NCBI GenBank assembly: GCA_051294905.1
Contig: CM119375.1
Location: 10,788,001 to 10,852,000, forward strand
Source of the DNA: Botryllus schlosseri
Taxonomy: Eukaryota
DNA: 64,000 bases
Direction of reading: 5' to 3'
In this document: one piece after another, positions 1 through 24,100 of the stretch
How the letters are laid out: each line of letters opens with the position of its first letter
How positions within the stretch are numbered: position 1 is the stretch's first letter
Translations under genes and position numbers: made by a program
Notes under the pieces: model-generated
The model's input: the letters and a program-made list of their open reading frames with translations, nothing else
Database searches by the model: none
What the model was told of the DNA's origin: nothing

Positions 1-92
1 ATTACTTACCGCGACTGTCTGTTGACGACGATAGACTCTATCTATTTGTTACGGATAGCAGCTTTGGTAGAGTGTGACCACTGTCATCGGTC

Positions 93-611
93 ATGACGTC
101 AAGCGCCGTAACTCGCAAGATTAGGCCCAAGCCTGGTACAGCCGACTTTCCGAAAGCCAGGACTACTGCGACACGCAAAGTTTTGAGATGCGCTTCCGGG
201 CAAATATCATTCGACTGCAAGTCCGTACAGCTGCGTCCTTGGACCGACAAAATTTCGAAACAAAGTCGGATGCTGGACGACAGGTTCAGACGCATTCACG
301 AAACTAATTCAGCCATGTCCTACGTCCCAACATCGTATATATGCGCCAAAGTAGTGCTAGTCGGATCTCATTTGAGAAAAAAAGCACGTTTCGCCAACGC
401 CGATATTGAACCTGACTGTACTGGAAGATGCTGTATTCCGTTAGCCATTAAATCTCCCTGCATGTCGTCGTTTAAAAGATCTGGGACGTCAATAGAATGC
501 AGTCCATCGAAAAAACAAGTCAAATTTTCCCCCAGAGTCACGGTGTTCGGCGAGGAAGAGGTAAGGCCGAATCACGAGTTTATTGCCTGCGCCGTTTCGT
601 CCATTTCCTAG
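93..611 (+). CDS. 172-aa ORF of unknown function; alternatively a first coding exon (93-560) spliced into the DYRK gene
   Basis: In-frame stop at 75-77 precedes ATG 93. Strong donor GAG|GTAAGG at 560/561 in phase 0 matches the phase-0 acceptor of the first DYRK exon at 3105. Contains KKQVKFSPRVTVF, an RVxF-type motif. No recognisable domain. Confidence 0.45.
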   Translation: MTSSAVTRKIRPKPGTADFPKARTTATRKVLRCASGQISFDCKSVQLRPWTDKISKQSRMLDDRFRRIHETNSAMSYVPTSYICAKVVLVGSHLRKKARFANADIEPDCTGRCCIPLAIKSPCMSSFKRSGTSIECSPSKKQVKFSPRVTVFGEEEVRPNHEFIACAVSSIS

Positions 612-1968
612 GTTGCAGGTAGCATGATTGTCGTGCCTTGGGTTTGCTCAATAAAATTTCAATACGGCAAAACCGGAGTACATAGGATAATGGTGGAAAT
701 ATGTTAGGCATTGTAGATGCCTAGATATAGGGCAGATAAGTTTATAGATAGGATAGACGTATAGATCTATAGGCCCGAGTGAAAAATTTGAAAGCATTCC
801 GCGCCATTTGAAGTTAACGGCGAATAAATACTTAGCTTATGCGACACTGCGATATTCATGCATCGCTCTGCACGCCACGTTATATTTTCGCAGCGCAGAA
901 ATGTACTGTTCGACATGGTGCATTATACACATGGACTGTACTCGGGAAATCTTATTAACTTAGTAAACTCGAAAGTTTCTTACATGGAGAAATCATCAGA
1001 AAAGCCACCCCAAGCCATGCGTCTGTCACTACCTGCTAAGGTGGAGTGAAAAATGAAAAATTTTGAATTTCAAAAAAGGGTCTTGATATGTGGTGCCAAA
1101 TAGCAAATAAATAAATTCTATCATAATTTTGGGTTCGTAACACCCTCTAGTGGTCGTGCAATTTCACCGAACGACCCAAAAATGGCTAATTTCACCATAT
1201 CCTGATAACCGCTCACACTAGAATGTTAGTTTTGGGCTTAAAAGATGCAGAAGCAACATTACCCTACTGCCTACCACGGCTGGACATATTGATACGAGTA
1301 TAGTAGGAGACGATTTTTTTGATTACTGAAATTATCCGCTCCTTTCCACTGAGAGCTATACTGCAATCGATAATTATAATTTCTATATTATTCCTACCGC
1401 GAAATTCTTGAAACTTCGATTATTCGTATCACAGCATACAAAGCATGTAGCACAAGGTTACGTACATTAGTGAAATTAACATTTCTGCGCGAATTCGTCA
1501 GCGAGCCACAATATAATCACTAGTGCAATGAAATGAATATGGTCGAAAAAATACGTAATAGCTGGTGGAGAACTGGCATCATTTTCTTTGTGGTCGCATA
1601 ATTGAACTTTCCACATCATCCGTAGGTGGTATCACAATGAGTGACTTTGCCCGGCCCTACTGGCTATAATTGTACTCATATGGGATTTAAACAGCGTATT
1701 GTCGAGGCAGTTATGACGTCAATCGATTCCTAGACTATAGAGGTCACGCGTAGTGCCGACAGGTAGAAAGTAGTCTATACTAAATAGGCTAATAATAAGT
1801 AAGTAATAACAAGCTGAACCACTACGCATATTCGCCGGTACGTCACTGTGAGGGAGTAGATAATAACGCCAATTCCCATTCTGCAACCATGCATAATTAT
1901 ACGCGTGGTGCTTTGCAAGGTTTCCATATCATGTCTTTCAGGGTCGACTAATGGCGATTGTCATAGAT

Positions 1969-2790
1969 CAGCGGTTCTCAACCGGGGGTCCGCGAAGCCT
2001 CAAAATATTTTCTAACCTAATTTGCATTTTTTTAATTCGGCAAATCACGAGGCTGTTTGACTTCATTACTAATAAAACCCCAGAGCTCACATCAACAGAA
2101 TGGCCGTGTCAGATGAAATGCCCTACTGTGCAGACGACTCATTTTAATTGCTTCATAGCCACTAGCTCACTGATACAAACATTTTGCTGTTTTGTTGGTG
2201 ATTGTGGGAAAGAAAAGTTGGATGAGTAAGGTCAATCACGGTGACGCCGAAATGTTCACAAAAATCGATTTTCTTCTGTGTAACATAACCATTTTCCATA
2301 ATAACTTCAGGATAAGCTGCTGGATAAAAATAACCAGGCTTGAAGTTCTATGTTCATAAGAAAATTTGTTTGTCAATTTTGGTGCCATATTTGTTGCGAT
2401 CATACCCAAATGTGTCGTCGGAACCGTTCCGCGTAATTATTACATTCGCCATCTATATTTGTGGAAATGGATTCTCGGCACTCGTTCATGCCAAATCGAA
2501 GGCGCGGATTTTCAAGACACCCCCACTTATTTCAAGAAATGCAGTTGCAGAATTCGCTTTGAAATAATAGAAATCAACCAAATTTCTACATGAATATATA
2601 TAGTATGATCTTATTTTCAAGAAAAATCATTTTGTCGGTGCTTTACTAATGCTACAGTTATCTTTTGCACAAGACAGATGACGATTGCGCGATAATTGAG
2701 CTAAATTTGAACTAAAACTTTGTGGGGGTCCGCGGGGGTCGGTGACGATCCGAAAGGGGTCCGCGAAGACAAAAAGGTTGAGAACCACTG
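1969..2790. mobile_element. hAT (Charlie/Buster-like) non-autonomous element, 822 bp
   Basis: TIRs CAGCGGTTCTCAACC / GGTTGAGAACCACTG; 8-bp TSD tcatagat / tcttagat (7/8). Confidence 0.85.
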
Positions 2791-3104
2791 TCTTAGATAT
2801 TCGCTGATAGCGCAGTTACATAGTGTGGCAATGTTGCACACGCGGCCATCGCGCACGGATGACTGACGAAACACCCACGTAACCTAAACAATATCGTTAT
2901 TTTCTGTTTTCTGAGTCGTATTTTTCAGCTCGGGAATTACAGGCGATATCAGAAACTGCAGTATTCCTATAATTTGATTAGATTGTGCCTCGTTTCCAGC
3001 GCATGGCGGTCAGAGACTACTCTCTGTCAATGCTATCGAGAATGCCTTTCAATTTTGTCACAACGCTTACATACAAATAATTAATTCATGACTTTCCTCC
3101 ACAG

Positions 3105-15604
<12,500 letters not shown>

Positions 15605-17307
15605 CGGACACCGCCACCCGGGAACGCAAGGATGGCCAGCCTGCCTGATTTTGTCACGGTCACCGGGCGTGTTGAACCCATTCGATCGCCTGTTGATAAT
15701 AAATAATATTTATGATCGTTTTTTATTTATACATTTCTTTGCTAATACACCGACGGCAATGCTCTCGAATGTCGCCCGAGCTGTCGAAGAATTGACATAA
15801 ACGTCCGATAGCAGACTTGGATACCTTGATAATCAGGCGAATTAGACGAAATTCCGGTGATCTAACTGTAGCCTAATTTGTGAAATGTTTTATGATGTAA
15901 TTTTAATTGATGGTATTCTTGAAAATTATACGGGAGAATTGTACTTGCACAGTGCGAAGCGCGCCAATCTTGGTGTGCAAACATTTGTAATTGGTGTGCT
16001 CACGAGGATGAGCTCTGATTTAAAATGAAATGAACGTGGTTTTTCTTGAAATTCCTTCCAAATCAGGCTTTTAATTTAATCTCCGGATTTTTGTGAATTC
16101 TCTAATTACAATTCTAATCAAACTGGGGTAAAACTGTTTAGCTATAATTTAACTCTATCTAATTTGGAAAAGCTGAAATTGTCTCTACTTGAGCTATAGT
16201 TCCAGTTGTATCGCGAATTCACGTTCTTTTCCGAATTCCCTTGCTCTTTCACGATTACAGCCAGATTTTTTATATTATTATATCGCGGTCCTTCTCGTAA
16301 CGACTCCCTGTCCGTCACTCGGAAGCATCGTGGGGAATTATTGAAGCCACGATGTCCATCGATGGTGAATGCGGAGTCGTATTTACCCCTCACCTGACGG
16401 ACATCACTCTGTGCGTTAAGATGAATCCTTCTTAACTATATCAATGAAAAATGTGCCATCTCAATTTTTTTACAATGCCATATATATTGATGTTGCCATA
16501 AGCTCTTACAATACCGCCCGCGTAATGATGCATTTCGCCAATCAGAATTATGGCCGTAGGCCTGATGATCATGATTCGTTTGACGCCCCCGCATTTAGTA
16601 TTTTGTTCTCTTTCTTTGCTCTGCGATTTATTTTTGCTAGATGAAGACAATTTTTATTTTCATTATACAACGGCATTTTCTTTGGGACATCTTCGTGATG
16701 ACGGTGGTTTCCGGGGACGTAGGTTACCTCGAACCACAAGGGTAACGCCGGGGTCTAGGGTAGTGAGGAGACACACACGTCTCTTTCGGTATCAAAATTG
16801 ATGGAGAAACGCATTCTTATTTGGCGTACCGCTTCGGTAGTTTAGTTTAGAGTGTTCCCGTGCGCAGAAGAGTTACATTACTGGGGACTGCTGCGATCAA
16901 ATCAAACCTTATTGAGACGAGAAAAAGCTGCAGTCACATTCTGCCATTCCGTGATTTCATACGTTGATGCGGAGATCGACATCGGACGATAAACATCTTG
17001 ACAGGAGATGAATATTTATTCTGCAATGAACTATCTAGTTTTTCATATCCTTTTCTCATGTCTGACAGAATCTATATGGTCCAACCTTAGTGGTATTGGT
17101 TTATCCCTATAGCTAATACTTGGTTGGCTATACAATATGCATTGCATAGAATTAGATACTTCCTGGCAGTTTTACGTTGGCTCGGCTTGTAGAAGGCCGT
17201 CTTCAATAGTCCAGTTGAAGAAATGCGTAATTAGATCACCATAACAAATTGCCCCGAATACGTGGAACAGTAGAAAATTACAGATTGGCAAGACGGGTTT
17301 TCGATCA

Positions 17308-17325
17308 TCACCGTAAAGGCTATAC
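17308..17325 (+). promoter_or_regulatory. PSE-like element of a type-3 Pol III promoter for the RNase P RNA gene
   Basis: TCACCGTAAAGGCTATAC at about -64 relative to the predicted RNA 5' end; resembles the metazoan snRNA PSE (TCACCNTNA...) at the usual distance. No clear TATA box. Confidence 0.55.
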
Positions 17326-17371
17326 TCGCCACGATTCCCACCTCATATTCCTCAGATAGACGGCGACTATC

Positions 17372-17585
17372 GGCGAGAAGCCCGCTTGTCGGTCGTGAAG
17401 CGACCGGGGGAAGGTCCGAGACAAATGCCGCCGTTGCGTCCGAAATGGGCGCTCGCTTAACGTGAGGGCGGCGCACCAGAAATACACCCCTCACCGGGTT
17501 GGGAGCGCCGCCGGCAGGCTTAAAATTAGTTCAATAAGCGGGGCTCATCGTAGATGGGTAACTCGATTCGGACTACTCTCTCGCC
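17372..17585 (+). ncRNA. RPPH1: Nuclear RNase P RNA (RPPH1/H1 homologue), compact, about 214 nt
   Basis: All five conserved regions occur in order: CR-I GGAAGGUCCGAGAC (17409-17422), CR-II AGAAA, CR-III UGGGA, CR-IV AGUUCAAU, CR-V AACUCGAUUCGGACUAC. Helices pair: P1 GGCGAGA/UCUCGCC, P2 CCCGCUUGU/AUAAGCGGG, P3 CGGUCG/CGACCG, P4 GUCCGAG/UUCGGAC, P7 UGCCG/CGGCA, P8, P9, P10/11 GGCGGCGC/GCGCCGCC, P19 GCUCAUC/GAUGGGU. Confidence 0.92.
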
Positions 17586-17589
17586 TTCG

Positions 17590-17594
17590 TTTTT
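17590..17594 (+). terminator. Pol III T5 terminator of the RNase P RNA gene
   Basis: TTTTT begins 5 nt after the 3' strand of P1. Confidence 0.7.
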
Positions 17595-17792
17595 CATAAA
17601 CATTTTCCTCCAAACATTTGACCGGGACCGCGGAGGTGACGGTCAATAGCAATCTTGTACATACATGTGACTACTAAAACAGTGTGGGCTAGAGTCCTCT
17701 CCATTTGCGTTGCTTTTATTCGTAATTTATTCTGTTTTAGATATCCATATCATAGCCAAAGTTGCACGGGAGCCTGGATGTGCAACTGAATT

Positions 17793-18060
17793 GCTACTCA
17801 AAAGGTTTGATGTTTTAAACATATAAGATATGAGGAAACTAGAAATTGCCAAGTTTATGTATCAGTTCCATTGCGGTCATGTCCCTCAAATTTCAACGAC
17901 TACTTCACCTCGGAGTCAGAAGGGCACAAGTACGGCACACGCGCGTCAACGAAGAAGAACTAGGCTACTATATGATCAGGACGGAATACAAGAAAACGCA
18001 TTGCGCTATCACAGTGGTTCCCAACCTTTTTACATCCACGTACCATTTCGAGGTTTTATC
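17793..18060 (+). mobile_element. Degenerate LINE (L2/CR1-like) RT C-terminal fragment
   Basis: Frameshifted translation VLNI*DMRKLEIAKFMYQFHCGHVPQ/NFNDYFT..HKYGTR..IRTEY..NALRY resembles the typical C-terminal tail of CR1/L2-clade ORF2. Confidence 0.7.
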
Positions 18061-18810
18061 CAGTGCTCGTGTACCACCTACACTACATAAGATAAGCGCG
18101 CCGAAGGCGGTCAAAAATGTTTCCGCGGTGTTGAGCTGCCTATTTGAAGGCGCAGTATATGATTTCTGCAGTGGATCCATTTGGAATTGTTGTAGTCAAA
18201 TGTAATAAAACATAATTTGGTTAGGTCAGAATCCCAATGCTTTACGACTAGATATCTTCTCCGTATGTCGTCGTTGGTGGGATTGCCAATACCCACGACG
18301 ACGACGGCTTCAAAAAACCCAAAATCACTTACATCCAACTCTCTTCGGTCGAAAAAAACAGAATCTACCCGCGTACCCCCTGGGAGACCTTCGCGACCGA
18401 AAATACTTGAAAAATTCTCCGTGATAGTCCTATGATTACACTACGCGAGTTTGTCTACAATGGCATGCTGGCAAAATCTTTCCTCACATGAAGAAAACTT
18501 CGACATGCGTGAGTTGTGGGGTCTGTGACAAATGATTTACGTTTCTGGGGGTGTAAAGTAAATTTGGATCGACATATGCATTTTTCTATATCCCCTTCCA
18601 GACTAACAAACCCGCCATAATTTTTGATGTGAAGTATAGGGCTTGCGGTATATAACTGCATATATTTTTGAATCAATACCATCCTCGAGGGGACTATTTT
18701 CAATTCAAATACAATATTTATAGGGTGGGGGACCTAAAGTACCATAGCTAAATCAAACAAAATAGATGGACCAACTATAATCACTTAAGAACAGAAACAC
18801 GCCTACATAT

Positions 18811-19369
18811 TAGAGATCGACCGATTATCGAAATGGCCGATTATCGAGGCCGATATTTAGAGCTTTCCCGATTATCGATATCGGCCTATGAAGGCCGATA
18901 TTGCAGCCGATATTTTATATTAAAAAAAAAATTCAAAACTACCGGAAATTCAATGCTCCGTCTTCTCAATCTCAAGAAATCGACGAAGTAAAGGGTGATA
19001 TATGACAGATTTACCCTTGCACGACGAATTTAACTGGGTGAGCATGCAGAGAAACTATGCTTTCTGCATTACAATCTACCTTTTCTGTACTGACCTGCAA
19101 TTCTGTATCATGTTTTGTTTTTTGGGTTATCCCAATTTTCAACGAATGTGCACAATTAAGCAATAATTCTTTTCAATATCAGCTTTGTCGTTTGTTGTTC
19201 AGCTTTCTGTGGCATGAACAAGTGCCATCTTGCCTAATATATAATATTTTTGGTGAAATTGTTCTCTGCTCCTTCCATAATAATATCGGCCTATGATATC
19301 GGTTATCGGCCTGTGAGTGTGCCGATATATCGGTATCGGCCTGTAAAAATCAATATCGGTCGACCTCTA
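18811..19369. mobile_element. hAT-type MITE (TAGAGATCGACCGAT termini)
   Basis: TIR TAGAGATCGACCGAT / ATCGGTCGACCTCTA; perfect TSD ctacatat; the paralogous site near 20075 is empty. Confidence 0.92.
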
Positions 19370-19644
19370 CTACATATATATAGGCTGTAAATCATAGTTA
19401 CCTGTGGTGTTTTATCGCTAGTACGAGGTATTTGAAAGTCAAAATGTCGATTTTCGGTTAATATGTATGCGGCAATAATTTTGTAAGTTTGGGCGTAAAC
19501 CAAAACGTGATTTTATGCAAACATTTGAGTTGATATAATATATTTTATTCTTGAAGGTGGCGACGAAGCACTTTTCATTGGCTTGCTGTAGCTTAGATTA
19601 TAGTTCACAACAAAACAATTGGCACATTTGAGTTTTTGAGCGTA

Positions 19645-20605
19645 GGGGGAGATGTGGTACCGATGGATCACTGGGACCGAAAATACTTGAAAAATCTCCA
19701 TGATAATTCCATGATTACACTCTGTGAATTTGTCTACAATTACATGCTGAGAGAATCTTTCCTCACATGCAAAAACATTCGACCTGCGTGAGTTATGGGG
19801 TCTGTGACAAATGATTTACGTTTTAGGGGGTGTAAAGTAAATTTGGATCGACAATTGCATTTTTCTATATCACCTTTCAGACTAACAAACCCGCTATACT
19901 TTTTAATGTGAAGTATCAGGGTATATAACGGCACATATTTTTTGAATCAATACCATCCTCGAGTGGACTATTTTCAAGTCAATTACAATATTTATGGGGT
20001 GGGGGACCTATGGTACCATAGCCAAATCAAGCAAAATAGATAGACCAACTAATCACTTAACAACAGAATCTCGCCTACATATATATAGAGTGTAAATCAT
20101 AGTTATCTGTGGTGTTTTATCGCTATTACGGGGTATTGGAAAGTCAAGATGTTGATTTGCGGGTAATATATGTATGTGGCATTAATTTTGTAAGTTTAGG
20201 CGTAAATCAAAACATGATTTTATGCCAACATTTGAGTTGATATAATCTATTTTATTCATGAAGGTCGCGACGAAACATTCTTCATTGGATTGCTGCAGCT
20301 TAGCTTATAGGACACAACAAAACAAGTTAACAAATTTGAGTTTTTAAGCGTAGGCCTATATGTCTCATAGGTCCCATGGTCGTGTGCCTTTGTAGCCATC
20401 GGGTGGGGACCGATGACACGTTCGAGCAACAAACTTTAAGCGTTTATAAATATTTTTTGAAAAGGCGGATATTCATGCAAATGTCCGCGATAGGTAGAGC
20501 TTGTATCGAAGTGTTGAGACAGCAAAAGATCTGCTATTCTCGGCTGAAGATTTGAGGGCCAGAGATCATTTTGCAATTTTTGATCCATCGGTACCACATC
20601 TCCCC
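19645..20605. mobile_element. Element X, complete inner copy (961 bp); Tc1/pogo-like non-autonomous element
   Basis: TIRs of about 26 bp GGGGAGATGTGGTACCGATGGATCA / TGATCCATCGGTACCACATCTCCCC flanked by TA on both sides. Confidence 0.88.
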
Positions 20606-20840
20606 TACGTCTCGTAGGTCCCATAGTCGTGTGCCTTTGGACCCACCAGGTGGGGACCGATGATACGTTCGTGCAACAAATTTGAAACGTTTATAAATAT
20701 TTTTTGAAAAGGCGGATATTCATGTAAATGTCCGCGATAGGTAGAGCTTGTATCGAAGTGATGAGACAGCAGAAGATCTGCTATTCTGGGCTGAAGATTT
20801 GAGGGCCAGACATCGTTTTGTAATTTTTGATCCATCGGTA

Positions 20841-21130
20841 GGGGAGACCGCGGGGACAAGTAACACTTTTTGTATTTTCTAATATCACGTGTATTTCTCG
20901 TGGAAATTTCATTTACAAAGTTTTATATAAAGAAGCCAACAACTCGATGTTTGATATAAAAACTAAAATGGAACTCAACAATCAATAATGGAAATTTTGG
21001 GTCGCGAATATCGCCGCTCAAATGTCACAATTGCCCCGTACCCAGGGGTTTGGTACTAAGCAAATCGTTCACACTGCTGAGACAATCGACAATGGGAAGT
21101 TGGAGACACTTCTCGCCAAAGTATTTCCCG
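20841..21130. mobile_element. Left end of another TA-targeting (pogo-like) element
   Basis: TA + GGGGAGACCGCGGGGACAAGTAACAC, with an internal inverted echo gtcacaattgccccg near 21024; right end not located. Confidence 0.5.
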
Positions 21131-24100
21131 TAGCTTCACATATTGCGTTAAATTTCGTTTTCTCATTCAACAGAGTAGTTTTGTCTTGCCTTGAAAATTC
21201 CACGCATGACGAAGTTTGGATAAAAGAAAAATTCCAAACACCGGTTTTTCGTCATTCTGAACAAACGTAAGTTTCTTACAACTTGACAATCTCTCACTAT
21301 CTCCAGAAGATGCATGATGATAATACCGCTAAAATATACTACTAAATCCGTACAACCATGCTCATAAAAATCCTGCGCGAGTCACTTTCCACCGCACACA
21401 TCCCGGGTTCTACCCAAGTCTTCTCATATCATGAAACAAGATATCCTCCTCTCCTCTTCGGCCGAAACAAGCACACGTTGTCGACTGCACGAATGATAGA
21501 GGCAGTGTATTTTCTATCGTGTTGTATACAAGTTGACATAGTCGGTGTTCCTAAAATTGGCGGCATTTTCAAGATATGGGGAATTTCTACTGTGCCTATG
21601 CCAGACGAAATGACTATCATTATTCGAAAATATCGCCTTTAACATGCCACGACGCGCGAACGGCAGCGAGTAAATGACAATATCCCGAAGAAAAAACCTC
21701 AAGACTTCATATTTACAGTTGACTGCGTCTCCTTGGACATTGAATAGGAGTTCTAGATATATCCTGTCCTTAGCACATACGGTAAGGACGAGGAGCCAAT
21801 CTAGATATTTTAGGAGCCGATAGAAACGCAATATAGTGTACCGTTTGTCCATCAAACAGGCCGACACTAATACGGAATAGGGCCGAACAAGTGTCTCGAA
21901 ATAGGGCACGCCAATGCAGTGTCGGCCAAATTCATTACACGCAATACACGCAGGGGGTCCATCGAATGTTAATGTGAAGCTTCCATTTTATTCCTATTCA
22001 TCATCGCTAACTTGCGCGCTACAGTGGTGTACGGAAAAGTAAGAAATAGAAAAGTTAAATCTGTGATAGCAACACGAAATATACAATTCATATTTGAATA
22101 AAGAATCAATTGTGCCACTGTAGAATTGTAAGAACGATGTCCCGCGCCAAAATACATAAAACATCATCTACTCGACACGGCATATGTATTGCATCCAACA
22201 CCAGAGCGAACGTGTCCCGTACGCTGCAATATACGACTCTTAAATTCAATGGTTACAGAAGAAGCAAAAATATATTGAGAGTGAATGTATCGTAAAAGTT
22301 GTAGTCGATCAGAGTCGTGTTGAATTCGACTTTCATCATAATTATCTTGTCAATGTTTCCGGTGCTGATTTGTCACCAATCAAATGTCACTAAGATGAGG
22401 TTGAACATGATCGAGAGATTGTAAGTTCAGGCGAGCTACATAAAGAATGTTCACAGTACATTTTATGGTCAGACGTTCAAGTTATGGACAGTTGGACATT
22501 GCATGATGTAAAAACACACCGACAGAAGCAGCAGTGATAGTGGCTGCCCCACAGGATCGAGAATCCACTTCCTTTTATTGAGACCTTCAGCCCAATTGTG
22601 TACATTGGCATGTTTAGTATATGGAGACCCGCAATTTTCAGGATGCAATTTGAAATTTGAAACATAAACTGCGCTACTCTTGAGATGCAATTCGAGTTTC
22701 GAAACATACATTGTGCTACAGAGTATTGCAATATTTTAAGGTTATTTGTGTTCGAGGATACCAGCACGGCATAATATGACAGAATATAACAATTCAACCC
22801 CTGCGATTCATACTAGGCAACGTTTTATATAGTATTACAAATAGCAATCATATGAAAACCGTGATATACGTATGACACAAAAAAGACGACCTCCTTACAA
22901 AACAAAGAGCGCAAAACGATGTCAAGGCGGAGAACGAAGGAAAAAACAAGTTGGCACGAAAATAAATTGAGGCCGACCCGATTTCGCCGTGCCGGTCGGA
23001 ACGGCAGTCGCAAAAATCCACGCTTCCAGTCGCCTCCTATGTAACAGGTCCGTAGCGAATCAGTTGAACAGCGGGAGATTGTAAAATCTGAAGCCGCGTT
23101 TTCCTTTTACCGCGCAATAAACGGCGATTAGATGGTACACTGGAAAGAAAGGGGATAATAGTCATGACACCGTAACTGGTTCTCTCAAGGTTTGATACAA
23201 AAATTTGAGCGTCTTTTTCAAGTTGAAACTACTTACAGCACAAATAAAACTAATTCCTTTTTACAATGCAAATTTTAAAATGTATAAAGTAGTCTTGAGA
23301 TGAGTTTGCGTCGTTTGTATAGGTAAGAGAATCACAAGAACAGTGTGAAATGGCGCCTGTATCACGACAGCTGAAGCATGCGACCCCTCCACCAAATCCA
23401 CATTTTGAAACTACTTGAGTACTTTTTCGACCATTCATTCTCTACTGGATGCAGTTTTGATATGTCTTAGATATCGCTAAGATTCTACTTGTTAATTGGG
23501 TGGAAAATTACAGCTCTACTTCTTGAGCACCTCTGAATATAATTTTAATAGGCTGCAAGACGCCGTGTAAAGTAAAATTTCAATTCAAGTTACTAAAACA
23601 TGTCTCATTTGATACCACACTATTCAGATTTACTATCATTGAAACAACAAGGTAAAAAGTGGAACCTGAAGAACTATCACTGATACTGAACAGAATTCAG
23701 ATCTCAGCTATGTGATGCCACGCAACAGATTTCGGTTATAGGACAGTTTATGTGCCTTCTTGTGCTTTTGGCTTTGAAGCTTTAACCATACCAGCCAGTA
23801 TAGTATGTCCTTGAGTCACTACAAGCTACCTATTAATGAAATGTATAAAAAGGAAATTAGTCATACATCAAGTATCACAGCCTCACTGACAGCGGCGTGT
23901 ATTGATACCGAACAGGACAGTGAGAGACAATGCGAAAAAGCTCCCGGATGTTGAAGGAAAAGAAATTTTACAGCCGACACAACGTCCCAGTTAAACGTAG
24001 TGCTGTGACAATGCATTGGAAAATATTTCCAAACAGATGATGCAGTCAAGGTTTGTCACAAAAAGCAGCTGTGAAAAGCCAAACGCCTATCAAGCAGCTT

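Larger units (their letters stand above)
18395..20840. mobile_element. Outer copy of TA-targeting element X, interrupted by a hAT MITE and by a complete copy of itself
   Basis: 18395-19644 (minus the MITE) aligns to 19675-20352; 20606-20840 aligns to 20359-20593. Left TIR not seen; right TIR cut at cggTA by another element. Confidence 0.8.

Noticed and set aside
680-1350. Helitron-like or other repeat upstream of DYRK4
   Set aside because: The composition is suggestive, but no termini, TSD or second copy could be shown within the window.
17372-17585. RNase MRP RNA as an alternative identity
   Set aside because: CR-II (AGAAA), CR-III (UGGGA) and the P7-P11 specificity domain are RNase P features; the MRP-type CR-I/CR-IV variants are not seen.
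18395-20840. CRISPR-like or satellite array
   Set aside because: The repeats are nested transposon copies with TIRs, not short repeats with unique spacers.
22960-23030. HDV-like ribozyme or Sm-class RNA in a GC-rich hairpin
   Set aside because: P1 pairs only 5 bp; no P1.1 or J4/2 signature; no stem-loop after the putative Sm site. More likely promoter or 5' UTR sequence.
23650-23995. Long frame interrupted only by TGA codons
   Set aside because: Three stops in about 115 codons is not far from random for this composition, and no recognisable protein motif is present.
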